From Kiritimatiellia bacterium (GTDB taxonomy: Bacteria; Verrucomicrobiota; Kiritimatiellia; RFP12; JAAYLN01): DNA of 64,000 nt. The DNA lies in the NCBI GenBank assembly GCA_017962605.1, contig JAGCUY010000007.1, forward strand, positions 752 through 64,751. The letters are read 5' to 3'. A model generated the notes under the pieces. It had not been told where the DNA came from. It saw only the letters and a program-made list of their open reading frames with translations, and did no database searches. Position numbers and translations under genes: made by a program. Below are positions 62,611-64,000 of this stretch, piece after piece (position 1 is the first letter of the stretch; the number at the start of each line of letters is the position of its first letter).

Positions 62611-64000
62611 ATGGAAAACATACTGAAGGAAGTGGCAGACCGCATACGCGAAACCCGCATGGTCTGCGAAATATCCGAGGAGGAGATGGCCGCATGCACC
62701 GGCGTCACCCTCGAAGCCTACCGCGAACTTGAGGCAGGAAAGGCCGACTTCTCCTTCACCTTCATTTACAAGTGCGCCGCGCGCCTTGGCATTGACACCA
62801 CCGATCTCCTCAAGGGCTCAAGCCCCACGCTGAAGGAATACAGCGTCACCCGCGCCGGCGGCGGCCTTCCCATCGCGCGCCGCAAGGGTTTCCGCTACAA
62901 CAACCTCGCCCCCCTCTTCAAGAACAAGATCGCCGAGCCCTTCATCGTCAAGGCCCGCGTCTCAAAGGAGGAGATGGCCGCGCCCATCAAGCTCGCGCAC
63001 CACGAGGGCCAGGAATACGACTACATCCTCTCCGGCAAGCTCAAGGTATCCGTAGATGGACACGAGGAGATCCTCGGCCCCGGCGACTCCATCTATTACA
63101 ATAGTTCCAATCCCCCCGGCATGATCGCATGGGAGGAGGACTGCGAGTTCCTCGCCGTCGTCATCTCCGTTGGCGGCGCCGCCTACGACTACCCCGACGC
63201 CCAGATTGAGCCGGCCAAGCCCGCCGACGTGGCCGACAGGCTGTCGCCACTCCCGCCCGACCCAGTGGCGGCGCGCTTCATCGAGTGCGTCGAGGAGAAC
63301 GGCCACCTCCGGGAAATCAAGTTCCACAACGCCGACAAGTACAACTTCGCCTACGACACCGTCGATGCCATCGCCGCCAAGACGCCAGACAAGTGCGCCC
63401 TGCTGCACCTCGACCGCGAGAAGAACGAACGGCGTTTCACCTTCCGCGACATCTCCCTCCTCTCCAACCAGGCGGCCAACTACTTCGAGTCGCTCGGCAT
63501 CAGGGAAGGGGACACCGTCATGCTCGTCCTCAAGCGCCACTGGCAGTTCTGGGTGGCCTCGATAGCCCTCCACAAGCTGGGCGCCGTGGCCATCCCCGCC
63601 ACGCACATGCTCGTCGAGCACGACTTCGACTACCGCTACAAGGCGGCGAGCGTCAGGGCAATCGTCTGCACCGCCGACGGCGAGACGGCCATGCACGCCG
63701 AGAACGCCGCGAAGAACGTGGAGCAGGAGATCATCAAGATCGTCGCGAACGGCCACCGTGAGGGCTGGCACAGCTTCGACGACGAATTCGGCGCCTTCCC
63801 CAACACATTCGAGCGCCGCCTGTCCGCGGCCGGCGACGCCACGATGTACATGCTCTTCACGAGCGGCACCACCGGCTACCCGAAGATTGCCGCGCACAGC
63901 TTCAAGTATGCGCTCGGCCACTACATCACGGCCCGCTACTGGCACAACGTCGAGCACGACGGCATCCACTTCACCATCTCCGACACCGGCTGGGGCAAGG
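62611..64000 (+). CDS. XRE-HTH + cupin N-terminal region fused to an AMP-dependent synthetase/ligase (acyl-CoA synthetase-like), 3'-partial
   Basis: My own translation from ATG at 62611 stays open to the window end, which is why it is absent from the ORF track. HTH 'CEISEEEMAACTGVTLEAYRELEAGK'. Cupin-like 'HEGQEYDYILSGKLKVSVDGHEEILGPGDSIYY'. AMP-binding motif 'MYMLFTSGTTGYPKIAAHS'. Confidence 0.6.
   Translation, partial: MENILKEVADRIRETRMVCEISEEEMAACTGVTLEAYRELEAGKADFSFTFIYKCAARLGIDTTDLLKGSSPTLKEYSVTRAGGGLPIARRKGFRYNNLAPLFKNKIAEPFIVKARVSKEEMAAPIKLAHHEGQEYDYILSGKLKVSVDGHEEILGPGDSIYYNSSNPPGMIAWEEDCEFLAVVISVGGAAYDYPDAQIEPAKPADVADRLSPLPPDPVAARFIECVEENGHLREIKFHNADKYNFAYDTVDAIAAKTPDKCALLHLDREKNERRFTFRDISLLSNQAANYFESLGIREGDTVMLVLKRHWQFWVASIALHKLGAVAIPATHMLVEHDFDYRYKAASVRAIVCTADGETAMHAENAAKNVEQEIIKIVANGHREGWHSFDDEFGAFPNTFERRLSAAGDATMYMLFTSGTTGYPKIAAHSFKYALGHYITARYWHNVEHDGIHFTISDTGWGK

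Noticed and set aside
1-64000. Search for rRNA/tRNA/tmRNA and riboswitch-like structures
   Set aside because: No cloverleaf-compatible segments, rRNA-like conserved blocks or recognisable riboswitch cores were seen by eye. A covariance-model scan (Infernal/tRNAscan) would be needed to exclude small ncRNAs.

Overview
Summary: this is a G+C-rich bacterial chromosomal segment. Autotransporter-associated beta-strand repeat proteins, many glycoside hydrolases and extended -10 'TGGTATAAT' promoters suggest a PVC-type (Verrucomicrobia/Lentisphaerae-like) organism; that placement is an inference.

Housekeeping genes and core loci:
- argG, ribH, nusB and an NfeD-like gene.
- A window-end ORF fusing an XRE-HTH/cupin domain to an AMP-dependent synthetase.
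- Two synthase-dependent exopolysaccharide loci: a 5'-partial GT2 (QxxRW) synthase followed by a 1387-aa CE4/TIM-barrel/TPR protein, and a single TPR-CE4-beta-barrel polypeptide.
- An MBOAT plus SGNH O-acetylation cassette.
- A glycan-degradation cluster with an XylR-like AraC regulator, a GH127-like enzyme, several TIM-barrel GHs and SGNH esterases.
- A 1884-aa multi-module GH ORF.

Most unusual region: a ~15-kb island (about 24.8 to 40.3 kb) with visibly lower G+C, bracketed by inverted copies of a ~120 to 350-bp repeat.
- Two C39-like papain-fold proteins.
- Two tandem bacterial dynamin-like GTPases.
- Two Hsp70 nucleotide-binding-domain paralogs with unrelated C-terminal modules; one carries three near-identical 402-bp tandem repeats encoding LGFP-like units.
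- A PrsW-family intramembrane protease, a zinc-ribbon membrane protein, a DUF4230-like membrane protein, an HExxH metallopeptidase and a zinc-ribbon/C39-like protein.
- Flanks: an AbiE toxin-antitoxin remnant upstream and duplicated AAA-ATPase (DUF4143) cassettes downstream.

Other notable features:
- Degenerate palindromic mini-elements inserted in frame inside a GH gene (Rickettsia-RPE-like behaviour).
- A tripartite HipB-HipS-HipT toxin-antitoxin module.
- A GNAT toxin-like module embedded between duplicated fragments of a disrupted alcohol-dehydrogenase gene.
- Families of intergenic micro/minisatellites: (TTTTCAAC)n, (CCCCTAG)n and ~25-bp tandems.
- No rRNA, tRNA or CRISPR array was recognised.

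Many long minus-strand ORFs in the track are high-GC shadow ORFs and were not called.
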